Below, one piece after another: positions 29,783 to 39,438 of a stretch of DNA of 64,000 nucleotides. Every line of letters starts with the position of its first letter. The first letter of the stretch is position 1. The DNA is from an uncultured Gemmatimonadales bacterium (GTDB taxonomy: Bacteria; Gemmatimonadota; Gemmatimonadetes; Gemmatimonadales; GWC2-71-9): NCBI GenBank assembly GCA_963705985.1, contig CAVPLK010000002.1, positions 39,855-103,854 of the forward strand, read 5' to 3'. Both the position numbers and the translations under genes were made by a program. The notes beneath the pieces were generated by a model. The model did no database searches. It was not told where the DNA came from and saw only the letters and a list, made by a program, of their open reading frames with translations.

Positions 29783-30406
29783 ATGACCCGTTCCCGAACC
29801 CGCTCCACCCTGTTCGGCCTCGCCCTGACATCGGGCCTCTTCGCGGCCGCCTGCTCCCCGCCGAGCATCACCTCTGAGCGGAACAGCGCCATCCCGATCC
29901 CGGCCGCCGCGACGGTCGCATTCGTCGGCGGGACCGCCGAGGGGAACACCCAGGTGAACCCGGCTGTGTCGAACGACATCATGCACGCCCGGATCCAGGC
30001 GGCCATCCAGGCCCAGCTGCAGAAGAAGGGCTACACCGTCGTCGACAGCACCGCGACCGGGCTCTTCAACATCCGCTATTACGTCGGGGTCAAGCAGAGC
30101 ACCTCGTACGTGACCACCACCACCGGCGTCGGCGTGGGCGGCCCCTACTACGGCGGCTACGGGCCCTACGGCTACGGCTATGGCTACGGGTACGGGTACG
30201 GCTACGGCGGCTACGGCGTCAGCACGACGACCCCGGTCACCAACAGCAACGTCTCGTTCGTCGTGGACCTGGTCGAGGTTTCGAGCGGGAAGGTGGCCTG
30301 GCGCGGCATCTACAATGGCGAGGCCTCGAGCTCACCGCCCAGCGACTCCAAGCTCAACTCCCTGGCGACCTCGATCTTCAGCACGCTGCCGAAGGTGCCG
30401 CAGTAA
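29783..30406 (+). CDS. DUF4136-like lipoprotein with internal (Gly-Tyr)n low-complexity insert
   Basis: Signal and lipobox MTRSRTRSTLFGLALTSGLFAAAC, with GAGGTG 6 nt upstream of the ATG. It is paralogous to the next gene (shared TSERN-A-PIP, KGYTVVDS and VAWRG blocks). Confidence 0.75.
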   Translation: MTRSRTRSTLFGLALTSGLFAAACSPPSITSERNSAIPIPAAATVAFVGGTAEGNTQVNPAVSNDIMHARIQAAIQAQLQKKGYTVVDSTATGLFNIRYYVGVKQSTSYVTTTTGVGVGGPYYGGYGPYGYGYGYGYGYGYGGYGVSTTTPVTNSNVSFVVDLVEVSSGKVAWRGIYNGEASSSPPSDSKLNSLATSIFSTLPKVPQ

Positions 30407-30407
30407 G

Positions 30408-30479
30408 GCGGGGCAGCGGGGCAGCGGGGAAGCGGGGAGCCAATCGAAGTTCGTCACCCCGGCGAAAGCCGGGGTCCAG
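30408..30479. repeat. Composite repeat: (GGGGCAGC)n tract plus GTCACCCCGGC gaaa GCCGGGGTCCAG hairpin
   Basis: 30408-30440 reads GGCGGGGCAGCGGGGCAGCGGGGAAGCGGGGAG. Hairpin stem at 30457-30474. Confidence 0.85.
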
Positions 30480-30502
30480 TCCAAGCAGGCGAGGCTATCC
30501 AA

Positions 30503-31100
30503 GTGTCCATCAACCGAACAGACTGCACGACTCGCGCCTGGCCGGGGCGCTGGTGGCCCTCGCTGGCCAGTGACCGCGTGCAGCGCCAGCACCACCTCGG
30601 AGCGCAACGACGCGGTCCCCATCCCCGGCGGCGCCACCGTGACCCTCCCCATCTCAGGGTCGCGGGCCGGGCCGGACGTGTACCCCAGTGTGTCGAACGA
30701 CAGCATCCGTCACATGATCGCGCGAGCGCTCACGGCCCAATTCAGGGCGAAGGGGTACACCGTCGTCGACAGCGGCCAGCCGGCGATGTTCGTGGCGCGC
30801 TTCTTCCTCGGGGTGCAGGCCACGACCCAGTACGCCCCCACCGGGGGCGGAGTCAGCGGACCGCCGATCCAGGGCATCGGCAACGGGTATGGCAGGACGC
30901 AGGACACCCAGCTGTCGTCGCTACCGCCGCCGGATCAGGCCCAGAACGTGACGTTTGAAGCGTCGCTGGTGGATGAGAAGGCGGGGCGGACGGCCTGGCG
31001 CGGCACGTTGGAGCGCCAACCGAAGAGTACGGCGCCGGACCAGGCGCGGATCAACTCGGTCGTCGCCGAGGTGATGAAGTCCCTGCCCCGCGTGCCCTGA
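30503..31100 (+). pseudogene. DUF4136-like lipoprotein paralog; signal-peptide region split over three frames as sequenced
   Basis: The GTG at 30503 (GAGG 8 nt upstream) gives MSINRTD... The hydrophobic core SRLAGALVALAG is in a second frame, which ends in TGA. The lipobox and mature part, VTACSASTTSERNDAVPIPG... up to the stop at 31100, are in a third frame. Confidence 0.6.
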
Positions 31101-31106
31101 GCCGCC

Positions 31107-32356
31107 GTGCCGCAAGATCTCTCGTACGTCCTGCTGCTGTTCGTCCTGTTCGTCGTCCCGCGGTTCCTCCAGCGCTACCGGCTGCCGGGGGCGGTGACGG
31201 CACTCGCGCTCGGCGTCGCCGCCACGGCGCTCGGCCTCTTCCAGCACGACGAGACGATCGCCCTGATGTCCACCTTCGGCATCGTGGCGCTCTTTCTCTT
31301 CGCCGGCCTCGACGTCGACCTCGAGGCGCTCAAGCCCGACGCGCGGGTGCTGGCGCAGCACCTGGCCATCTGGACCGTCACCCTCGCCCTCCTCACCTGG
31401 GCGGCCACCTGGATCTTCGCCCTGGCCTTCCGGGAAGGGGCGCTCGTCGCCCTCGCGCTGATCACCCCGTCGACCGGCTTCATCCTCGACTCCCTCGGCC
31501 TCTTCGGGCTCTCCGACAGCGAACGACGATGGACCAAGGCCAAGGCCATCGCGTCGGAGATCCTCGCCCTGACGGTGATGTTCCTCGCCCTCCAGTCCAA
31601 GTCCGCCGAACAACTCGGACTCAGCGTGCTCGCGATGACCGCCCTCATCGTGATGCTGCCTCCCATCTTCCGGTGGTTCGCCGGCCGCATCGCGCCCTTC
31701 GCGCCCGCGCTCGGAGTTCGCCTTCCTGCTGATGGTCGCGGTCGTCGCCGCCTCGGCCACCCAGCGCCTGGGCGTCTACTACCTCGTCGGCGCGTTCATC
31801 GTCGGCCTCGCCGCCCGTCAGTTCCGGGCGCGGCTGCCCGCCATGTCGTCGGAGCGCATGCTGGGTGCGGTGGAGTCCTTTGCGTCGTTCTTCGTGCCGT
31901 TCTACTTCTTTCACGCCGGGGAGTACATCAGCCCGGACGAGCTGAACTGGGGAGTGCTGGCAATCGGGGTGGCGTTCCTGGTGGTCTTCGCCTCGCTCCG
32001 GCTCGGCGAGGTCATCCTGCACCGGTGGGTCGCGCTGCGGGAGGCGCCGAAGAAGAGCCTCCGCATCGGCGTGGCACTCCTCCCGACCCTGGTGTTCACG
32101 CTGGTGATCGTGGATATCCTGCGGGGCCGTCCCGGCGTGACCCCGACCCTCCTGGGGGCGCTGGTCCTCTACACCACGCTCATCACACTGCTGCCGGGCC
32201 TCATCCTCCGGATGCCCGCCGATCGACTACGCGACCATCCACCTCGACCCGATCACCCCCGCCCTGGACTCCGGGGTCGGCGGATCGGCGCCGGAGTGGC
32301 GGGGTGCGGCCTCGACCGACCCTCCACAGCCCCCACCGCCCGCCGCGCCCGAGTAG
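31107..32356 (+). pseudogene. Cation:proton antiporter (CPA2/Kef-NapA type), two frameshifts as sequenced
   Basis: Frame 3 gives MPQDLSYVLLLFVLF...FRWFAGRIAPFAP. It continues in frame 1 as RSEFAFLLMVAVVAASATQRLGVYYLVGAFIVGLAA...LILRMP (break near 31704-31708). The high-GC3 tail PIDYATIHLDPITPALDSG...AAPE-stop (32354-32356) is in frame 2 (break near 32215-32221). Confidence 0.72.
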
Positions 32357-32389
32357 AAGCGGTCACGACCCCGCCCCGGCACCCTCCGA

Positions 32390-34722
32390 TCAACCGGCGC
32401 CGCTGCCCCCCGGCTCCCCGGCCCCGCGAACATCCGGCGCACCCTGTCCTCCCGCCTCGGCGGCAAGCTCCCGCAGGGTCAGCGCGAGGCCGCGCCCATC
32501 CGCCGCCGCGATCCAGCGCGGGAGGAAGCCGTCCAGTGACGCGACCGACGAGATGGCCCAGAGCAGGTACAGGTAGGGCTTCCGCCGCCGCGGGTCGCTG
32601 GCGATCGCGAAGAAGGCGTGGACCGGCGGGTGCCCCTCCGCGAAAATGATCCCCTGCCGGCACCGCCCCACGACCACGACCGGCTGGTCCAGCCCCGGCA
32701 CCAGCGCGTGCGGCACGGCGATGCCGGGCGCCACGACCGTCGTCATCGTCTGTTCGCGTTCCCGGAGGAGCGCGTCCAGTTCCGTCTCGGGACGGGCCGT
32801 GGCGGCGGCGAGCCGCGCGGCCAGCGACCGGACCACCGCATCGGCGCTCTCCGGCTGCTGCAGGTCCACCACCTCCGCCTCCCGCAGCAGGTCGAGCGCG
32901 CGCGCGCGGGGCTCTGCCAGCTCCGCCCGGGCCTGGCGCCTCAGCACCCAGACCGTGGAGCCGGGGTGCAGCGTGGCGCCGTGGAAGAGCGGCTGGGTCA
33001 GTCCGTCCTGGCGGAACCCCAGCGGGATCGCCTCACCGTCCGGGGCGAAGACCAGCAGCGTCTCCTCGCCGGTCATGAGGTCCGGCGCCACCTCCTCGCT
33101 CAACTCATAGCGGTCGAGGTCGCTCCGGAACTGCACCCGTGCGAGCTCGTCCTTCGTGAGGAGGAGGCGGCGAATCCCGAGCCGCTGTACCTCGGACTCG
33201 GTCGCCGACTCCTTCCTCGGGGCCCCGAGCAGGTAGGACTCCGGCACGCCGAACTCCACGAGGGCGTACCGCGCCAGCGCCACCGACACCGGCTCCTCCC
33301 CCAGCAGCGACAGGATTGTCCGCGCGTCGGCCGCTCCCGCCTCGGCCAGGACGTCGCGATCCAGCACGTCCCCGTGGACCGCGCGGAACCCCTCCCGCTC
33401 GGCCTCGTGGCAGCTGACCGCGTGGCGGTCAACGAAGGTCACCGTCTCGCCCCCGGCACGTACCACCACCGCCAGCTTGAGCCCCACCCCGGTCACCGGG
33501 GTGATGATCACGCCGCGCCGGCCGGTGGCCGCCGGGACCAGCTCGTTCCGCCCCCGAAGCCAGCGGACCATCCAAGTCAGCATGAACGGCACCGACAGGG
33601 TGGTCAGGAACGCCATCACGACCAGGATCGAGAACACCTCCTGCGAGATGAGCCCCATGGCCAGCCCGATCTCGGCCACGATCACCTCGACCGCGCCCCG
33701 CCCGTTCATCCCGGCGCCGACGGTCAGCCCTTCCCGCCACCCGTGCCCGCTGGGGAGGTAGAAGAGCGTCGTGCCGATGATCTTGCCGACAGTGGCCAGC
33801 ACGACCACGAGCGCCAGGAGTTCCCAGTTGGCGGCCACCGCGGTGAGCGAAATGTGGAAGCCGGCGGACACGAAGAACACCGGCGCCAGGAACCCAATGG
33901 AGAGATCGTGGACCACGTCGGTGATCTCGTACGACCACTTCCGCTGGAGGATGCCCTCCTTGAGGAAGAGACCGGCGATAAACGCGCCGAGGATGGCGTG
34001 GAGCCCGTTACCTCGGCCAGCTCCCCGAACATCAGCGCCACGATCAGGACCATCGTGAAGTTGCTGGTGCGCTTCCCCAGCTCCCACCGGGCGAGCAGCC
34101 GTCCGATCCATGGAAAGACGCGCATGCCGACGAAGCCCGCGACGGCGAAGAAGACGACCGCCTTGCCGACGGTGAACGCCACGCCCGTCCAGGCGCCGCC
34201 CCCCAGCTCCTGCGAGGAGAGCGCCAGGATCGCGGCGAAGGTCATGAGCGCCAGCGTGTCGGCAAAGACGGCGCCCACCAGCAGGACGCTGGCGATGCGG
34301 GTGCCCAGCAGGTTGAGGTCGATGAGGATCCGGGACTTGGTGGCGAGGGAGGTGACGCCCATCGCCATGCCCATGAAGAGGGCGGCCGGGGTGGAGTAGC
34401 CGAGCGCGAGCATGAGGCCGACACCGGCACCGAACGGCACCACGAAGCCGCCGAGAGCCGCCAGCATCCCTGCCCGCGACGCCGAGAGGAGCGTCCGGGG
34501 CTGGATCTCCATCCCGATGTAGAGCATGAGGAGGTAGACGCCGAGGTCGGCGAGCACCTTGACGGAGGCGTTCGGCTCCAGCCAGCCGAGCAGCGCCGGA
34601 CCGAACACGACGCCAGCGGCCAGCTCGCCCAGGATCGCGGGGAAGCCGAGGCGGACGGCGAGGAGCCCGCCGCCCCAGGCCGCCAGCAGGATCATCAGGA
34701 GGTGGATCAGATCGAGGCTCAC
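32390..34722 (-). pseudogene. CPA2 cation:proton antiporter fused to an RCK/TrkA-N-like domain and a PTS EIIA(Ntr/fructose-type) domain; one frameshift as sequenced
   Basis: The N-terminal transporter half MSLDLIHLLMILLAAWGG...MVLIVALMFGELAE is in one frame. The continuation NGLHAILGAFIAGLFL..., the RCK-like VIITPVTGVGLKLAVVV... and the EIIA block VAPGIAVPHALVPGLDQPVVVVG are in another frame. The break is near 34006-34014. Confidence 0.75.
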
Positions 34723-34822
34723 GCCGTCCCCCTCAACGAGCTACGGTGGATCCTCAGACACGAAACGCAGCCGAGGGCCGCGTTCCTGAAGATACACCCG
34801 CGGTCGCCATCGGGGGGCTCGC

Positions 34823-36712
34823 CTACGCCGGCCCCGCCTCGCCGCCCCCCTGCCCCGCCGCCCCACCGGCCTCCGGTGCCCCCGCGAGGATCCTTCCGTA
34901 GAGGCTCAGCACATCGCTGCGCCGCAGCAGGCCGACGAAACGCCCCGACTCCGGGTCCACGACCGGCAGCGCGGCGGCGCCGCGCGCCCCCATCCTCCGG
35001 GTCGCCTCAAGGAGCGAGTCCTCCGGCGCCAGCGACTCCGTCGGCTGCGCCGCCTCCGCGGCGATCAGCAGCTGGTGGAGTTCCCGCGGCTCGTTGGCGA
35101 TGCGGGCCAGGTCCGCGATCGTCAGCACGCCGCTCAGCTCGCCGTACTCCGTCACCACCGGGAAGACATCCTGGGTCCCGGCGCCGAGGTGGGTCAGAAA
35201 CTGCGCCGCGGGGGTGCGTTCCAGGATGACGATCGGCTTCCGGTGGTACGCCTCCGCCACGCGGAGGCTCGCGAGCACGTCGCGATCGGTCCCGTGCACG
35301 ATGTGTTCACCCTGGCGCCGCAGCCATCCGCTGTAGAGCGAGTCGCGCTCCAGTCGCCGCGCCACGAAGTGGCTCACCACCACCGCCAGCATCAGCGGCA
35401 GCATGATGGCGGAGTTGTCGGTCATTTCCCAGACCATCAGGATGCCGGTCATCGGCGCGTCGAGCGCCGCCGCCACCACCGCGCCCATCCCCACCAGCGC
35501 GTACGGTTCGACCGTCAGGTTGAGCCCGGGAAAGAGGACGATCAGCACCGCGCCGAACGCCGCGCCGGCGGTGGCGCCGACGTAGAGCGACGGGGTAAAC
35601 AGCCCGCCCGACCCGCCGGTATTGAGGGTGATGGAGGTGGCGAGGATCTTCATCCCCGCCAGCGCGAGGAGGAGATACCAGGCCAGGTCGTCGAAGCGGT
35701 CGAGCGGAATGGCCAGGTGCCCGAAGCCGACGAGCAGTCCGCTGGAAAAGAAGGCCAGCCCGCCGACGGCGGCCCCGCCCGCGAGGGCCAGCAGGACCGG
35801 CATCCGCCGCCGGAATCGTTCCGCCCAGGTATCGACGCCGAAGTAGAACCGGACGAAGGCCACGGAGGCGAGGCCCGCGACGAGCCCCAGCAACGGGTAG
35901 AAGAGGACGACCTCGCGGGTCAGGCCGTAGCCCTGCTCGAAGGGCACCGGAAAGACGGGATGGTTGCCGAACACGGAGCGGGAGACGACGGCGGCCACGA
36001 CGCTGCTGACGACGACCGGCGCAAAGGCGGCGATGCTGAACGACCCGAGGATCTCCTCGAGCGCGAAGAAGGCGCCGGCCAGCGGTGCGTTGAACGCCGC
36101 GGAAATGCCGGCCGCGGCCCCGGCGCCGACCAGGATGATGGTGCGGTTGCCGGAGAAGCGGAACGAGCGCCCCAGCCGGGAGCCGACGGCGGCGCCGAAG
36201 ACGGCGATCGGGCCCTCTGCCCCCGCCGAGCCGCCGCTCCCGATCGTGATGGCGCTCGCCGCCGTCCGCACCATCACTGCGCGGCTGGGGATGACCCCCT
36301 GCCGCCGCACGACCGCGAGCTGGACGTCGGGGATGGTCAGCCCCTTCTGCCCTGGCGCAAAGCGCCGCATCGTCCACCAGGCGGCGACCGCCCCGGCGCC
36401 GGTCAGGAGCGGACGGTACGCCAGCTGCCCCAGCTCCGGCAGGTACGACTCGGGCCAGCTGAAGAAGACCAGGTGCGCGAGGTCGATCAGCTTGTAGAAC
36501 CCGATGACGCCGAGGGCCGCGGCGAGGCCGATCACGACGGCGAAGCCGAGGAGAATGGTGTTCTCGCTCAGCCCGAGGCCGTTGAACCAGTCCACCACGT
36601 CGTCCCAGACGCCCTGGGCGACGTTGACGGGCCCGTACGTCGTGCGGCGCGCCTGCGCGGCGAGCCGGCGCAGGTGCCAGCGCAGGGTGCGAAGGATGTC
36701 GACGGGTTTCAC
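34823..36712 (-). CDS. ClC-family voltage-gated chloride channel/antiporter with C-terminal CBS pair
   Basis: 629 aa with ClC selectivity blocks GSGGSAGAEGP, GAFFALEEILG and GGLFTPSLYVGA. The C-terminus has tandem CBS-like segments. Confidence 0.9.
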   Translation of the reverse strand: MKPVDILRTLRWHLRRLAAQARRTTYGPVNVAQGVWDDVVDWFNGLGLSENTILLGFAVVIGLAAALGVIGFYKLIDLAHLVFFSWPESYLPELGQLAYRPLLTGAGAVAAWWTMRRFAPGQKGLTIPDVQLAVVRRQGVIPSRAVMVRTAASAITIGSGGSAGAEGPIAVFGAAVGSRLGRSFRFSGNRTIILVGAGAAAGISAAFNAPLAGAFFALEEILGSFSIAAFAPVVVSSVVAAVVSRSVFGNHPVFPVPFEQGYGLTREVVLFYPLLGLVAGLASVAFVRFYFGVDTWAERFRRRMPVLLALAGGAAVGGLAFFSSGLLVGFGHLAIPLDRFDDLAWYLLLALAGMKILATSITLNTGGSGGLFTPSLYVGATAGAAFGAVLIVLFPGLNLTVEPYALVGMGAVVAAALDAPMTGILMVWEMTDNSAIMLPLMLAVVVSHFVARRLERDSLYSGWLRRQGEHIVHGTDRDVLASLRVAEAYHRKPIVILERTPAAQFLTHLGAGTQDVFPVVTEYGELSGVLTIADLARIANEPRELHQLLIAAEAAQPTESLAPEDSLLEATRRMGARGAAALPVVDPESGRFVGLLRRSDVLSLYGRILAGAPEAGGAAGQGGGEAGPA

Positions 36713-36809
36713 TTCAGCAGAATCTTTCCGGTTGCGAATTCGTCTGACAAGGTAGCACTATTCACGCCCTCGTCACAGCGACGCGCCACCACCCACGTTG
36801 AGAGATGTC

Positions 36810-39238
36810 ATGCGGTCTCCCCTCCGCCGCTTCACCGTCCTGCGGCCCTGCTCCCTCGCCCTCGCCGCCAGTCTCGCCTGCATTCCCGCCGCAGCCGTCG
36901 GCCAGTCCATCGGCGCCTACACGCCGCCGGTCCAGTGGCCGGAGCGGCCGCCGCGGTTCGACCTCGTCAACCAGCGCATCGAGCTGAGCGTCGACTGGGC
37001 GCGGCTGGCCATCACCGGCAGGGTGACCACGCTCGTGACGCTCACCACGGTCACCGACACCGTGCGGCTCGACGCCGACCATCTGACCATCACCGGCGCC
37101 ACCGACGCGACCGGACGCAAGCTCCGCTTCCAGGCGGATTCGACCCACGTGACGGTCAGGCTCCCGCGGCGCATGCAGCCCGGCGACGCGGCCGAGTTCA
37201 CGCTGACCTACACCGGCGTCCCCGAGCGCGGCCTCTACTTCGTGCCGCGGAGCCACGTGGTCTGGACCCAGGGCGAGGCGATCGAGACCCGGAGCTGGGT
37301 CCCGACCTACGACTTCCCCAATGACAAGGCGACCTGGGAGTTCCTGGTGACCGCCGACTCCGGGCATGTCGGTCCTCTCCAACGGCACGCTGAAGGACGT
37401 GACGCCGGCGGCCGGGGGGCCGGCAGGTCTGGCACTGGGTGCAGGAGCAGCCCGCCTCCACCTATCTCTATTCGGTCGTCATCGGGCCGTTCACCGTGCT
37501 CCGTGACCAGTGGCGCGGCCGCCCGGTCGACTACTGGGTGGCGCCGGACACGGTGCCCGCCGGCTGGCGCACCTTCGGCGAGACGCCGTCGATGATCGAG
37601 ATCTACTCCCAGGTGCTCGGCGTCAACTACCCCTGGCCCAAGTACAGCCAATCGGTCATTCCCGACTTCACCTACGGTGGAATGGAAAACGTCTCGGCCA
37701 CGACGCAGACCGACCAGGTCCTGCACGGCGCCGAGGGGGAGCCGGAGGAGAGCGGCCGCGGCCTGGCCGCCCACGAGCTGGCCCACCAGTGGTTCGGCGA
37801 CTACACCACCACCGCCACCTGGTCGCACGCCTGGCTCAACGAGGGATTGACCACCTACATGGAGTCGGTGCAGAACGAGAAGAGCCGCGGGTGGCCGGCC
37901 GGTCAGCGGTCGTGGTACAGCCAGCAGCAGCAGGCGATGCGCGCCGATCTCCGGCAGGAGCGCCCGCTGGTCTGGGGCGACACGCTGGCCGACCCGATCC
38001 AGCTCTTCTTCAGCGGGCACATCTACCCGAAGGGTGCCCAGGTGGCGCACCAGCTCCGCCGGTTGCTCGGTGATTCGCTCTTCTGGGGCGGCATGCAGCG
38101 CTTCCTGGTGGACAACGCCTACCAGCCGGTCCGGACCGAGGATTTCGCGGTCGCGTTCGAGCAGACCGCCAATCGCGACCTCGACTGGTTCTTCGACCAG
38201 TGGGTGTACGGCATCGGGTACCCGAAGGTGAACGTGACGCGGCACTGGGATGCGGCGGCAAGGCAGCTGCACGTCACCGTCACCCAGACCCAGAAGATCG
38301 ACTCCACCCATCCCCTCTTCCGCTTCCCAGTCACCATCCGGCTGATCACCCCCGACTCGGTGCTGCGGAAGGAGATCATGGTGACGAAGCAGGCGGAGAC
38401 CTTCACGCTCCCGGTCTCGCAGCAGCCGCTCTCGTTCCGGTTCGACGAGGGGGCATGGCTGCTCGGTACGGTGGCCACCGACCAGACGCCCACCGAGTTG
38501 TCCGACATGGCGAAGCACGATCTGGACTACGGCGCGCGGAACTGGGCGCTCCGGGCGCTGGCCGGGAACACCACGCCGGTGGCCGACAGCGCGCGGCGGT
38601 TCATCGTGTTGAATGAGCGAGAGGCCGCGCTGCGCGAGATCGCGCTGGCACAACTCGCCGAGCGGAAGGACACGGCGGACCTGCCGCTGATCCAGTCGGC
38701 GCTGCGCGACCCGCCAGCGGCGTGCGCGGCGGCGCCATCGAGGCGTGGGCCGCCTTCGACTCCCTGACCGTCCAGTGGCAGGCGCGCCAGATGCTGCTGA
38801 CCGACCCCAACTCGGCGGTCCGGCAGGCGGCGATCGGCGTCCTCAACCCTGCCGACCTCGAGGTCCGCACGCTGCTGACGACCAGCACGGAGCCGAAGTG
38901 GCCGCTGGGCATCCGCCAGTCGGCGGCCTACCAGATCCGGAACCAGGACGATCCGGCGGTCGTGGCGGCGCTGATCGCGCTCACCGATCCCTCGAACCCG
39001 CGCAACCTGCGGCAGGCGGGGCTTCGCTACCTGGCCGGGCGGAGCGACAAGGCGCCGGCCATCGCCACAGCCACCACGTACCTCAGCGATCCCGATCCGC
39101 TCTTCGCGGTGAGCGCCGTGCAGACGCTGGCGCGGGTCGGCGGTGCCGGCCGGCACGGCCACCCTGACGCAGCGGCTCAAGGTGGAAAAGCGGGTGACGG
39201 TCGATGACGCGATTCGTGGAGCGCTGACGTCGAAATAA
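36810..39238 (+). pseudogene. M1-family aminopeptidase (aminopeptidase N-like) with C-terminal HEAT/ARM repeats; four frame changes as sequenced
   Basis: Signal peptide MRSPLRRFTVLRPCSLALAASLA. The exopeptidase motif YGGMENV and the zinc site HELAHQWFGD...WLNEGLT are present. Frame path is 3 > 1 (about 37365) > 2 (G6 run 37414-37420) > 1 (about 38717-38722) > 2 (about 39151), ending at TAA 39236-39238. Confidence 0.8.
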
Positions 39239-39257
39239 GCAGGCTCGCCGGGGTCGC

Positions 39258-39336
39258 CTCACCCCCTGACCCCCTCTCCACCATGTGGAGAGGGGGAACA
39301 CCGACAGCACTCACCCCGGACCCGGCCTTCGCCGGG
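39258..39336. repeat. Composite repeat: CTCACCCCCT..CCCCCTCTCCA-loop-TGGAGAGGGGG hairpin plus CCCGGC cttc GCCGGG hairpin
   Basis: An 11-bp stem at 39270-39296 and a second stem at 39321-39336. Same family as 13242-13266 and 53915-53941. Confidence 0.85.
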
Positions 39337-39438
39337 GCATGCTCGCAGGGGTCCATGTCGATGCCGCCAGGCCCAACCCTCTTAACGCCTCCATGCATTG
39401 GCCGTCTCCCCTGTGTACATCAACCAGGGGAGCACCGC

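Noticed and set aside
35075-37324. 749-aa plus-strand ORF
   Set aside because: It is antisense to the ClC channel gene and then runs through the divergent promoter into the M1 gene out of frame.
8050-39160. Programmed ribosomal frameshifting as the explanation for the frame breaks
   Set aside because: The junctions share no slippery heptamer (X XXY YYZ) or a conserved downstream structure. They include both +1 and -1 changes, sometimes two to four per gene, in gene families not known to use recoding.
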